DNA of 64,000 bases from an uncultured candidatus Porisulfidus sp. Lineage in GTDB: Bacteria > Pseudomonadota > Gammaproteobacteria > Poriferisulfidales > Poriferisulfidaceae. Location: the NCBI GenBank assembly GCA_965214545.1, contig OZ243950.1:132813-196812 (forward strand), written 5' to 3'. A program made the translations under genes and the position numbers. The notes under the pieces are model-generated. The model saw only the letters and a program-made list of their open reading frames with translations. It ran no database searches and was not told the origin of the DNA. Below are positions 44,025 to 51,969 of the stretch, one piece after another (the stretch's first letter is position 1; every line of letters begins with the position of its first letter).

Positions 44025-45329
44025 TCAAAACTGCTCTTCTTCGGTGGAGCCGGTCAGTGCCGTGACGGAAGATTTCCCGCCCTGGATGACGGTGGTCACA
44101 TCATCGAAGTAGCCAGCCCCGACTTCCTGCTGGTGGCTGACGAACGTATAGCCCCGGTCTGCCGACGCGAACTCCGGTTCCTGGACTTTCTCCACGTAAT
44201 GCTTCATGCCTTCGTCGCCGGCATAGTCGTAGGCGAGGTCAAACATGTTGTACCACATGCTGTGGATGCCGGCCAAGGTGATGAACTGGTACTTGTAGCC
44301 CATGGCGGACAATTCGCGTTGGAACTTGGCGATGGTGGCATCGTCCAGATTCTTCTTCCAGTTGAAGGAGGGGGAGCAGTTGTACGCCAACAGCTGGTTT
44401 GGGTACTCCTTGCGCAGGGCTTCCGCGAACGCCCGGGCAAACTCCAGGTCCGGGGTGCCGGTTTCGCACCAGACCAGGTCCGCATAAGGCGCATAGGCCA
44501 AGCCGCGCGAGATGGCCTGGTCCAGGCCGTTGCGTACGCGGTAGAAACCTTCGGAGGTTCGCTCGCCGGTCAGGAATGGCTTGTCGTTCTCGTCGAAGTC
44601 GGACGTCACGAGGTTGGCGGCTTCCGCATCAGTGCGGGCCAGCACCACGGTCGGGACCCCCATCACGTCGGCGGCCAGCCGGGCCGCGGCCAGTTTCTGG
44701 ACGGCTTCCTGGGTCGGCACCAACACTTTCCCACCCATGTGGCCGCACTTCTTGACGGCGGCCAACTGATCCTCGTAGTGGACTCCGGCAGCGCCGTTGT
44801 TGATCATGTTCTTCATCAACTCGAAGGCATTGAGCACGCCACCGAAACCGGCTTCGGCATCTGCCACGATCGGGGCGAAGTAGTCGACGAACCCGTCGTC
44901 GCCGGGATTGGTGCCACGCGCCCATTGGATCTCGTCGGCGCGCTTGAACGCGTTGTTGATGCGGCGCACCACGGTCGGCACCGAGTCGTAGGCGTACAAC
45001 GACTGGTCCGGGTACATGGTCTCGGAGGTATTGGCATCAGCGGCGACCTGCCAGCCGGACAGGTAGATGGCTTCGATACCGGCCTTGACCTGCTGCACTG
45101 CTTGTCCGCCGGTCAGGGCTCCGAGGCAGTTGACGTAACCCTTGCGCGCCTCGCCGTTGACCAGTCGCCAGAGCTTCTCGGCCCCTTCTGTCGCGGTGGT
45201 GTTGGCAGGCACGCGCGAGCCGCGCAGGCGGACGACGTCTTCTGCAGAGTAGCCGCGGCGCACGTCGCTCCATCGGGGGTTGCTGTCCCAGTCTTTCTGC
45301 AGGGCTTCAATTTGCTTTTTTCGATCCAC
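44025..45329 (-). CDS. aceA: Isocitrate lyase
   Basis: Collinear with E. coli AceA. Contains the catalytic KKCGHMGGK motif, and the C-terminus [18 protein letters not shown] matches [18 protein letters not shown]. The start is assigned to a GTG at 45329, with a GAGGA about 7 nt upstream, giving (M)[13 protein letters not shown] like E. coli MKTRTQQIEELQKEW. The ORF-track ATG start at 45416 adds about 29 non-homologous residues. Confidence 0.9.
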   Translation of the reverse strand: MDRKKQIEALQKDWDSNPRWSDVRRGYSAEDVVRLRGSRVPANTTATEGAEKLWRLVNGEARKGYVNCLGALTGGQAVQQVKAGIEAIYLSGWQVAADANTSETMYPDQSLYAYDSVPTVVRRINNAFKRADEIQWARGTNPGDDGFVDYFAPIVADAEAGFGGVLNAFELMKNMINNGAAGVHYEDQLAAVKKCGHMGGKVLVPTQEAVQKLAAARLAADVMGVPTVVLARTDAEAANLVTSDFDENDKPFLTGERTSEGFYRVRNGLDQAISRGLAYAPYADLVWCETGTPDLEFARAFAEALRKEYPNQLLAYNCSPSFNWKKNLDDATIAKFQRELSAMGYKYQFITLAGIHSMWYNMFDLAYDYAGDEGMKHYVEKVQEPEFASADRGYTFVSHQQEVGAGYFDDVTTVIQGGKSSVTALTGSTEEEQF

Positions 45330-45590
45330 TTTAAGAGTCCTCAACTCATTGATCAGGGCAACCTCGCCCGGCGCGATGCGGGATCGCGTGCCGGAGATGC
45401 AAGGATGAATCCGCAATTTTAACAGAAAAGGAATTGGCCTGCCGAAAAAACGGCGAGAATCCGTCTCTGCTTCCAGCGGTGCGCGACTGGTCTGGAGGAA
45501 GCAAGCTGGCCCTGAGACTAGGTTTCCGGAAAATATCGTGAGGGACCGGGTGCGTCGCTCCGCCCCGGGTTGGCCTGTTGTCCGACAAGG

Positions 45591-46613
45591 TCAATGGCTG
45601 CGCTTTTCCCCCGGCTTCTCGGAGTGGCCATAGCATTTGCGGCATTTCTTGGGTTTGGGGTCGCTTTCGGACACGACACCATCCTCGTTCGTGTCGTGGC
45701 GCGAAAATTTCTTCTGTCCTGAAGCCAGGTATTCCCCGAAACTGATTTCTCCATTCTCGTCTGTGTCCATCGTCCCGAAGCGCGCCTTCGACCGCTTCAG
45801 TTTTTTCTCCCGGGCCTTCTCGATTGCCTTATCCAGGCGATGGCCGAATTCCAGTGCGTACTCTTCCGGGCTTAGCGTCTCGTCGCCGTTCTCGTCTGTC
45901 CGGTCAAAGTCGGCGCGGCGCCGGGCGCTGAATTCCTCGTGTGTGATCGCGCCGTCTCCATCGGTATCGTACTTCCGCATCATCCCTTTTTTGCTGTGGG
46001 TGCTGGGCATGTGGAGGACCCGCTTTGCGTGTTTTTCGCACATGCCTTTGTGTTTGCCGTGCTTGTGCCGCTTGTGGTCGTGGCCGGACTTGTGGTCGTG
46101 GTCGTGGCCGCTCTTCCCCTTGCCGGGGTAGCCCTTACATCCCTTTTTGCAATGTCGTTTGGGGCGCGGGTCTTCTGCATTGATGATGCCATTTTCGTCC
46201 CCATCAAAGCGCTGGAAGCTGCGCTCGCCGGATGCCTTGTACTCCGCCCACTCGATCTGTTCGTTGCCGTCTTCGTCCAAGGTGTCAAAGCGGCGGTGGG
46301 ACTGCCGGGTGTGCCGCTTGCGTTCCTTTTTGATTTTCTTGTCCAGGCGGTCGGCGCGCGCCTGCATGCGCTCGTCGACGTCGACTGAGCCATTACCGTT
46401 TTTGTCAATCAGGTCGTAACGGGACCGACGGGCCTGCTCGAATTCCTCCGCGGTCACTTGGGCATCGCCGTTTTGGTCGTACCGCTGAATGAAGGACCCC
46501 ATTCCATGGTGCCCCCCGCGGTGTCCTTTCTCGTGTTCTCCAGAGTGTCCTGCAAACGCGAGGCCTGCAGCGGTCGTCAACATGATCGCCGACGCTAAAA
46601 ATCGTGATTTCAT
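45591..46613 (-). CDS. Periplasmic EF-hand repeat protein with a His-rich metal-binding core
   Basis: Signal peptide, then at least 8 EF-hand-like loops (DQNGDAQVTAEEF, DKNGNGSVDVDE, DEDGNEQIEWAEY, DGDENGIINAED, DTDGDGAITHEEF, DENGDETLSPEEY, DTDENGEISFGEY, DTNEDGVVSESD). In the middle sits a His/Lys-rich block (KSGHDHDHKSGHDHKRHKHGKHKGMCEKH). Confidence 0.7.
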   Translation of the reverse strand: MKSRFLASAIMLTTAAGLAFAGHSGEHEKGHRGGHHGMGSFIQRYDQNGDAQVTAEEFEQARRSRYDLIDKNGNGSVDVDERMQARADRLDKKIKKERKRHTRQSHRRFDTLDEDGNEQIEWAEYKASGERSFQRFDGDENGIINAEDPRPKRHCKKGCKGYPGKGKSGHDHDHKSGHDHKRHKHGKHKGMCEKHAKRVLHMPSTHSKKGMMRKYDTDGDGAITHEEFSARRRADFDRTDENGDETLSPEEYALEFGHRLDKAIEKAREKKLKRSKARFGTMDTDENGEISFGEYLASGQKKFSRHDTNEDGVVSESDPKPKKCRKCYGHSEKPGEKRSH

Positions 46614-46696
46614 TCGGTGGTCTTTTTGTCTCTGAGGCGATGAATGATAGCACTTGAAGCGCTGGCCTCCCCTCCAAACACCCCAAATGTCAAACC

Positions 46697-46737
46697 AAAG
46701 TTAAAATGTCCCCCTGTCCCGCAAAGTTAAAGTGTCC
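46697..46737. promoter_or_regulatory. Two 15-nt direct repeats (AAAGTTAAARTGTCC) spaced 26 nt apart upstream of the EF-hand gene
   Basis: Seen directly: AAAGTTAAAATGTCC at 46697-46711 and AAAGTTAAAGTGTCC at 46723-46737, in the minus-strand promoter region of the EF-hand gene. This is a candidate response-regulator tandem binding site. Confidence 0.4.
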
Positions 46738-46809
46738 TCTTTCATCGTGTCATGGGCGGGCGGCAGCGCATGCGATCACCCGTCTGCCTTGATGTGGTCG
46801 CCCTCGAAT

Positions 46810-46838
46810 TTGACAGCCCTAGGTGGGGGTGCGACAAT
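46810..46838 (+). promoter_or_regulatory. Putative sigma70 promoter of the glyW-cysT-leuZ tRNA operon
   Basis: TTGACA (46810-46815), a 17-nt spacer, then GACAAT (46833-46838), about 15 nt before the tRNA-Gly 5' end. Confidence 0.45.
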
Positions 46839-46853
46839 TCCAGTCCGCACGGG

Positions 46854-46929
46854 GCGGGAATAGCTCAGTTGGTAGAGCGTAACCTTGCCAAGGTTAAGGT
46901 CGCCGGTTCGAACCCGGTTTCCCGCTCCA
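46854..46929 (+). tRNA. glyW: tRNA-Gly (GCC)
   Basis: GCGGGAATAGCTCAGTTGGTAGAGCGTAACCTTGCCAAGGTTAAGGTCGCCGGTTCGAACCCGGTTTCCCGCTCCA gives a cloverleaf with anticodon GCC. Confidence 0.9.
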
Positions 46930-46971
46930 GTTCCCATTGCGATCCGATCGCCGGGTCAGAGTATAAGCAGG

Positions 46972-47045
46972 GGCTGAGTGGCAGAGTGGTTATGCAGCGG
47001 CCTGCAAAGCCGTGGACGCCGGTTCGATTCCGACCTCAGCCTCCA
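46972..47045 (+). tRNA. cysT: tRNA-Cys (GCA)
   Basis: GGCTGAGTGGCAGAGTGGTTATGCAGCGGCCTGCAAAGCCGTGGACGCCGGTTCGATTCCGACCTCAGCCTCCA. The acceptor pairs GGCTGAG/CTCAGCC and the anticodon loop is CT-GCA-AA. Confidence 0.88.
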
Positions 47046-47073
47046 ATTTCTTTTACACTATGATAGGGGTGCT

Positions 47074-47376
47074 GCGGGCGTGGCGGAACCGGTAGACGCT
47101 GCGGACTTGAGGCCATTGAGTGCTCTCCGGGAAACCGGGGATGCAGAACTGCTCAAATTCGGGGAACCCTGTGAAATGGCGATCCCGAGCCAAGCCCGGG
47201 AGGGAACTTCCGGGAAGGTGTAGAGACTAGACGGGCAGCGCCTAAGGCCGGACGGCTAAGGTGAAGGGATAGTCCGGACCACAAACGCCGCGCAAGCGGC
47301 GGCGGCGAAAGCCGTAGTTGGTGCGAAAATCCGCTGGGCTTTGCCCGTGGGGGTTCGAATCCCTCCGCCCGCACCA
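47074..47376 (+). tRNA. leuZ: tRNA-Leu (UAA) interrupted by a group I intron in the anticodon loop
   Basis: Exon 1 (47074-47108): GCGGGCGTGGCGGAACCGGTAGACGCTGCGGACTT. Exon 2 (47326-47376): AAAATCCGCTGGGCTTTGCCCGTGGGGGTTCGAATCCCTCCGCCCGCACCA. Joined they make an 86-nt class II tRNA with acceptor GCGGGCG/CGCCCGC, anticodon stem GCGGA/TCCGC and loop CTT^AAAA (anticodon UAA). The gly-cys-leu order matches E. coli glyW-cysT-leuZ. Confidence 0.88.
47109..47325 (+). ncRNA. Group I (subgroup IC3-like) self-splicing intron inserted between U34 and A35 of tRNA-Leu(UAA)
   Basis: The 217-nt insert contains the conserved IC3 core strings AAATTCGGGGAACC, CCGAGCCAAGCCCGGGAGGGAACTTCCGGGAAGGTGTAGAGACTAGACGG, CCTAAGGCCGGACGGCTAAGGTGAAGGGATAGTCCGGACC. 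These are essentially identical to the cyanobacterial tRNA-Leu and Azoarcus tRNA-Ile intron cores, as recalled. The 5' exon ends in U, which can pair with the G of an internal GAGT guide sequence (P1: ACUU/GAGU). The intron ends in G (omegaG) before the AAAA of exon 2. Confidence 0.88.
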
Positions 47377-47460
47377 TACACCGGTGAAGACCCCTCGGCC
47401 TTGGGCCGGAACGGGCCGCTCCCCATGCTATGATTTGACGACGCACGCAAGGGGCTGTCC

Positions 47461-49026
47461 ATGACCCACCGCAAGCTTCCCATTGGAATCCAGGACTTCC
47501 GGGCGATCCGGGAGCGGGGCTATTACTACGTGGACAAGACCCTTCTCATCCGGGATCTGGTGGAGGGAGGCGAGCACTATTTCCTGTCCCGACCGCGCCG
47601 GTTCGGCAAGAGCCTGCTGGTGAGCACGCTCGAAGCCCTGTTCGAGGGTCAGGAGGAGCTGTTCCAGGGGCTGGCTATCCACGGCCACTGGGACTGGTCG
47701 GTGCGCCATCCGGTGGTGCATCTGAGCTTTGGTGCGGGATATACGAAGCCGGGGGACCTTGAGGGGGATATCCTCACGCAACTGGCGGGAATCGAGGAAG
47801 ATGCCGGTCTTTCTCCGGCAACCCAGATACAGGATGGGCCGAACCGGTTGAAGAACCTGTTGTATCGCCTGCATCGTGGGACCGGCCAGCAGGTCGTGGT
47901 GCTGGTGGACGAATACGATAAGCCGGTCCTGGATGTGTTGAAGGACACGGCGTTGTTGGAGGCGAACCGGGACTACCTGTGGGGGCTCTACGGTATCATC
48001 AAGGGCAGCGCCGAACATGTGCGTTTCGTGTTCGTGACCGGGGTGAGCATGCTCTCGAGGGCGAGCCTGTTCTCGGGGCTCAACAACCTGAGGGACATCA
48101 GCCTGGACCCACGGTACGCCACGGTCTGCGGGTACACCGATGCCGATCTGGACACGGTATTCGCCCCGGAACTGGAGGGCTTGGACCGGGATCAGATACG
48201 CGCCTGGTACAACGGTTATCATTGGCTGGGTGAGGAGAAAGTCTATAACCCGTGGGACATCCTTCTGTTGTTTGACAGCCGGAAATTCGAGCCCTACTGG
48301 TATGAGACCGGTTCGCCGAGCTTCCTGTTCCGGTTGATGATGGAGAAGGAAATGAGCCCGATGGAACTGGAGAACCGGATGGCCGACGAGAGAATGATCT
48401 CGAACTTCGATGTGGAGGACATCGGGGTGGAGGCCTTGCTGTTCCAGACCGGCTATCTGACGATTACCGCCGAGGAGACGACTGGGGTCAGGACCTTTTA
48501 CACGCTGGACTATCCGAACCAGGAAGTGCGACAGAACTTGAACGACGGGCTGTTGGAGCACTTGGGACAACGGGGGGAGGACGTGGTGGCCTGGGGCCGG
48601 CAGTTATGCGGCCGCCTGGAGTCGGGGGATTTCGAGGGATTTGGAGACGAGCTGAAAAGTTTTTATGCGGGGGTGCCGTACCAGTGGCACACGAGCGGGG
48701 AGTTGGCGCGGTACGAGGCTTGGTACGGAGGCCTGCTGTATGCGTGTTTCCGGTCGAACCGAGTGGACCTGCGGGTGGAGGATGCCTCCAGCCGGGGCCG
48801 GGCGGACATGGTGGTGTTCCGCGGGGGGCAGGTGTTCGTGCTGGAGTTCAAGATGGCAGCGGAGGGCGAAGACGGGGAGGCGGCGCTGGATGCGGCTCTG
48901 GTGCAGATGCGCGAGCGGGGCTATGCGGAGAAGTACCGCGACCGTGGCGAGCCGATTCATTTGGTCGGGATAGCGTTCGGACGGGAGGAGCGCAACCTGC
49001 TGGGAGTGCGAGCGGAATTGGCCTGA
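47461..49026 (+). CDS. AAA-ATPase-like / PD-(D/E)XK nuclease family protein (PF09820 plus PF08011 architecture)
   Basis: 521 aa. The N-terminus MTHRKLPIGIQDFRAIRERGYYYVDKTLLIRDL...FLSRPRRFGKSLLVSTLEALFEG is the hallmark of the 'AAA-ATPase-like' domain. The C-terminus (GEL.RYE.WY...D.R.E.......RADMVVF...VFVLEFK) has a D...E.K-like PD-(D/E)XK nuclease pattern. It lies immediately 3' of the tRNA cluster. Confidence 0.65.
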   Translation: MTHRKLPIGIQDFRAIRERGYYYVDKTLLIRDLVEGGEHYFLSRPRRFGKSLLVSTLEALFEGQEELFQGLAIHGHWDWSVRHPVVHLSFGAGYTKPGDLEGDILTQLAGIEEDAGLSPATQIQDGPNRLKNLLYRLHRGTGQQVVVLVDEYDKPVLDVLKDTALLEANRDYLWGLYGIIKGSAEHVRFVFVTGVSMLSRASLFSGLNNLRDISLDPRYATVCGYTDADLDTVFAPELEGLDRDQIRAWYNGYHWLGEEKVYNPWDILLLFDSRKFEPYWYETGSPSFLFRLMMEKEMSPMELENRMADERMISNFDVEDIGVEALLFQTGYLTITAEETTGVRTFYTLDYPNQEVRQNLNDGLLEHLGQRGEDVVAWGRQLCGRLESGDFEGFGDELKSFYAGVPYQWHTSGELARYEAWYGGLLYACFRSNRVDLRVEDASSRGRADMVVFRGGQVFVLEFKMAAEGEDGEAALDAALVQMRERGYAEKYRDRGEPIHLVGIAFGREERNLLGVRAELA

Positions 49027-49071
49027 AAATCGGCCGCTCTGCTATACTTTTTTACCGTAGCAAGGCTGGAA

Positions 49072-50028
49072 GTGTTCGACAATTCCATCGCTAACGCCAT
49101 GAAAAACAATATTTTTATAAGACGCCCAAACTTCATGATCGTGCAGGCGGGCGTGATCCTGCTCCTGTTTGGCGCCTTGCTGTACTGGCAGAGGGCGACC
49201 CTGGAGGAGATCTACCTGGGCCCCTTGGCGACGCAGCTCGGCCTGGTCGTCAATGGCATCATCGGGGCGTTGTTCCTGGTGGCGCTGGCCCGGATCTTCT
49301 ACCTGTTGTTCGCCTATGCCCGCGAGAGCCGCGCCATCGACCTGTTCGAGGAACAGGTGGACTTCGGTTTGACTGACGCCGGCATTGAAACCCTGTCCGA
49401 ATCCCTGGTCGTGCAGCGCTACCGCGTCCTGCAGCAGGGCCGGTCGGAACTGGACCGCCCCCAGCAGGCGGCCCTGTCGGCCATTCTGCTGAACCAGGAA
49501 ATGACGCGCCTCGGCCTGATCCGCCTGATCCAGGGCCTGCTGATCCTGCTCGGCGTGTTTGGCACAGTGGCCTCGTTGTCCCTGGCCCTGGTCGGGGCGT
49601 CCGACCTGCTGTCCTTCCCGCAGGACGGCGGCGGCATCACCCAAGTGGTGCACGGGATGGCGACCGCGCTGTCCACCACGATGACCGCTATTGCGGCCTA
49701 CTTGGTCTTGACGCTCATCTTCTCGCGGCTGGTGGCCAGCCAGTCCAGCGTGTGCCAGAGGATCGAGTGGCTGACCCTGCGCCGCCTGCTGCCGCTGGTG
49801 TCGCGCGAAGGCGCCAACCTGGGCCACACCCTGGCGCTGCGGCTGAAAGACCTCAACGAAGTGGCCTTGGCCCTGGCGGAAGTCCAGGACCGCCTGACCC
49901 CGAATCTTGAAGCCCTGCGTCGCGAGCAGCACATGCAGGACGAACACAACAAGAACGTGATGGACGCGTTGCACGGCATCGACCAGACCCTGAAGAAGGG
50001 GTTTCGGCTGGACCCGCCCGGACCATGA
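49072..50028 (+). CDS. MotA/TolQ/ExbB-family proton-channel subunit (4-TM stator-like protein)
   Basis: 318 aa with a TM1-TM2, about 90-aa cytoplasmic loop, TM3-TM4, about 100-aa tail topology. The region LLGVFGTVASLSLAL...GMATALSTTMTAIAAYLVLTLIF resembles the MotA/ExbB signature (LLGTVxGM...AxALxTTxxGL). An AT-richer 5' end leaves the exact start uncertain. Confidence 0.6.
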   Translation: MFDNSIANAMKNNIFIRRPNFMIVQAGVILLLFGALLYWQRATLEEIYLGPLATQLGLVVNGIIGALFLVALARIFYLLFAYARESRAIDLFEEQVDFGLTDAGIETLSESLVVQRYRVLQQGRSELDRPQQAALSAILLNQEMTRLGLIRLIQGLLILLGVFGTVASLSLALVGASDLLSFPQDGGGITQVVHGMATALSTTMTAIAAYLVLTLIFSRLVASQSSVCQRIEWLTLRRLLPLVSREGANLGHTLALRLKDLNEVALALAEVQDRLTPNLEALRREQHMQDEHNKNVMDALHGIDQTLKKGFRLDPPGP

Positions 50029-50924
50029 TCGACAGTCTCTCCGTGATCCCCGGCGCCCCCGCCCACCTGTCCCCGATCAACGAGGAGAACTTCTGGCCAT
50101 CCTTCACCGACATCATGATGGTTGTGGTCATCGTGTTCCTGCTGTCCAGCACGGTCGCCGTGCTGCATAACTGGGACCTGTCCCGGCAGGTCCAGGAAAC
50201 GGCCGCGCTTGAACAACAGGCCCGAGAGCAGGCGGAAGACCTGAACCTGCGCCGTCTGCTGCTCCAGATCGAATTGGAAGAGATGCAGGGCCGCATGGCG
50301 AAAACCCGCGAGGCGCTGGCGGCCAAGACCGGCCAGTTGCAACAGCGGGAGGAAGACCTGACCGGCGCGCAGGGCGCGCTGGCCGAACAACAGAGACAAC
50401 TGATGGACATGCAGGAGGAGTATGCGCGCGTGCAGGCAGAGATGAGGGCGAACCAGGACATGAGCGCGGAGCGCGAGCAAGAACTGCTCGACGTACAACG
50501 GCAGTTGGAGAAGATGCAGACCGAGAGCATCCTGCGCGAGCAGATGTACGTTGAAGTCGAGCAGCAGCAGCGGCAGACCCGGGAGGAGCTGCAGCTCCTG
50601 CAGAAGGAATACGAGGAGATGGGCGAGAAGTACGCGGCGCTGTCCAAGCCGGCCCGCAGCCCGCTCGGCAAGACGGTGGCCGCCGTCCGCTACCGGAAGG
50701 TGGACGGGCAGCCGTCCTTCATGCTCAAGCGCCCGGACGCCCCGCAGTTCGAGCCCATCGGCGAGGCGGACCTGCATCGGGCCCTGTCGCAACTGAAGGC
50801 GGAGCATGGGGACAAACTGTTCGTCCGCATCGTGATCCCGATGGACAGCAAGCTGAGCTACCAGGAAGGCTGGCAGTTCTCGCTGGACTTGCTGAGGCGT
50901 TACGACTACTACTACGCGGAATGA
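50025..50924 (+). CDS. MotB/TolR/ExbD-family N-terminal TM with conserved Asp, fused to a long coiled coil; no OmpA/PG-binding domain recognisable
   Basis: 299 aa. The N-terminal segment EENFWPSFTDIMMVVVIVFLL matches the MotB (W.IAYADFMTAMMAFFL) / TolR (PFIDVMLVLLIIF) channel-plug/TM motif, including the protonatable Asp. Residues about 55-200 are heptad-rich (EQQAREQAEDLNLRRLLLQIELEEMQGRMAKTREALAAK...), giving a predicted long coiled coil. The about 90-aa C-terminal domain has no known family. ATGA overlap with the upstream MotA-like gene. Confidence 0.55.
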   Translation: MIDSLSVIPGAPAHLSPINEENFWPSFTDIMMVVVIVFLLSSTVAVLHNWDLSRQVQETAALEQQAREQAEDLNLRRLLLQIELEEMQGRMAKTREALAAKTGQLQQREEDLTGAQGALAEQQRQLMDMQEEYARVQAEMRANQDMSAEREQELLDVQRQLEKMQTESILREQMYVEVEQQQRQTREELQLLQKEYEEMGEKYAALSKPARSPLGKTVAAVRYRKVDGQPSFMLKRPDAPQFEPIGEADLHRALSQLKAEHGDKLFVRIVIPMDSKLSYQEGWQFSLDLLRRYDYYYAE

Positions 50925-51042
50925 AGGCCGTCCGGATCGCACGCCCTCGCCGGGATCCACTTGAAACGGCAGGCGCGCGCCCCATATTAACCGGCAATAC
51001 CTGCACCGTTCGTCCACGACAAGGAAACAGAGGAAGGCACGC

Positions 51043-51969
51043 ATGCCCGGGTCCGTTGTAATCGAAAACCTGGTCAAGACCTACGGCGACCTGCATGCCG
51101 TGGATGACTTGAGTTTTGAGGTCCAGCCTGGCGAGGTTCTGGGCTTTCTCGGGCCGAACGGTGCCGGGAAGTCCACGACCATGAAGATTGTCACCGGCTT
51201 CCTGCCGCCGACCTCGGGCCATGTGACGGTGTGCGGGCACCCGGTCGAGACGCAGCCGCAGGCCGCCAAGAAATGCCTGGGCTACCTGCCGGAGGGGGCA
51301 CCGGCATACAGCGAGATGACGCCGTGGCAGTTTCTGAATTTCGTAGCCGATATTCGCCGGCCCGAAAACCGCCGCGCGCGGCTGGACTGGGTTATTGGGC
51401 AGCTGGGCCTGGAGCCCGTGTTGCATCGCCCGGTCGACACCCTGTCGAAAGGTTACCGCCGCCGGGTCGGCTTGGCGCAGGCCATGCTGCACGACCCGCG
51501 CGTGTTGATCATGGACGAGCCGACCGACGGGCTGGACCCCAACCAGAAGCGGCAGGTGCGCGATTTCATCAATGAAATGGCGCAGGACAAGACCATCATC
51601 ATCTCGACGCACATCCTCGAAGAGGTCGAGGCCATCTGCACGCGGGCCATCATCATTTCCGCCGGCAAGATCCTGGCCGACGAAACCCCCGAGGCATTGC
51701 GCCAGCGGTCCCGGTACTGCAATGCCGTCACGATCCAGGCCGACCTGGAGGAACCGGTGCGCGCCGCGCTCGGTGAACTCGAAGACGTCGCGCTGGTGGA
51801 GCCGGAACGCAATCGGGGCCTGACTCTGATTCCCCGAGCCGGCCGCACGCTGGAAGGCGCCGTCCGAGACGTCCTGTTGCGCCACAATCTGAAGGAAGTC
51901 CCGCTGCACATCCAGGCCGGGCGGCTGGACGACGTGTTCCACACCCTGACCCACAACGCCCATGAATAA
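51043..51969 (+). CDS. ABC transporter ATP-binding protein (GldA-like, ABC-2 type)
   Basis: 308 aa with Walker A GPNGAGKST, an LSKGYRRRVGLAQA signature and Walker B LIMDEPTDGLD. Confidence 0.85.
   Translation: MPGSVVIENLVKTYGDLHAVDDLSFEVQPGEVLGFLGPNGAGKSTTMKIVTGFLPPTSGHVTVCGHPVETQPQAAKKCLGYLPEGAPAYSEMTPWQFLNFVADIRRPENRRARLDWVIGQLGLEPVLHRPVDTLSKGYRRRVGLAQAMLHDPRVLIMDEPTDGLDPNQKRQVRDFINEMAQDKTIIISTHILEEVEAICTRAIIISAGKILADETPEALRQRSRYCNAVTIQADLEEPVRAALGELEDVALVEPERNRGLTLIPRAGRTLEGAVRDVLLRHNLKEVPLHIQAGRLDDVFHTLTHNAHE

Noticed and set aside
47377-47460. Possible integrase or att site marking a genomic island 3' of tRNA-Leu
   Set aside because: No integrase, recombinase or transposase ORF and no obvious direct repeat of the tRNA 3' end were found in 47377-56600. 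Island status of the downstream block is therefore left as a hypothesis only.
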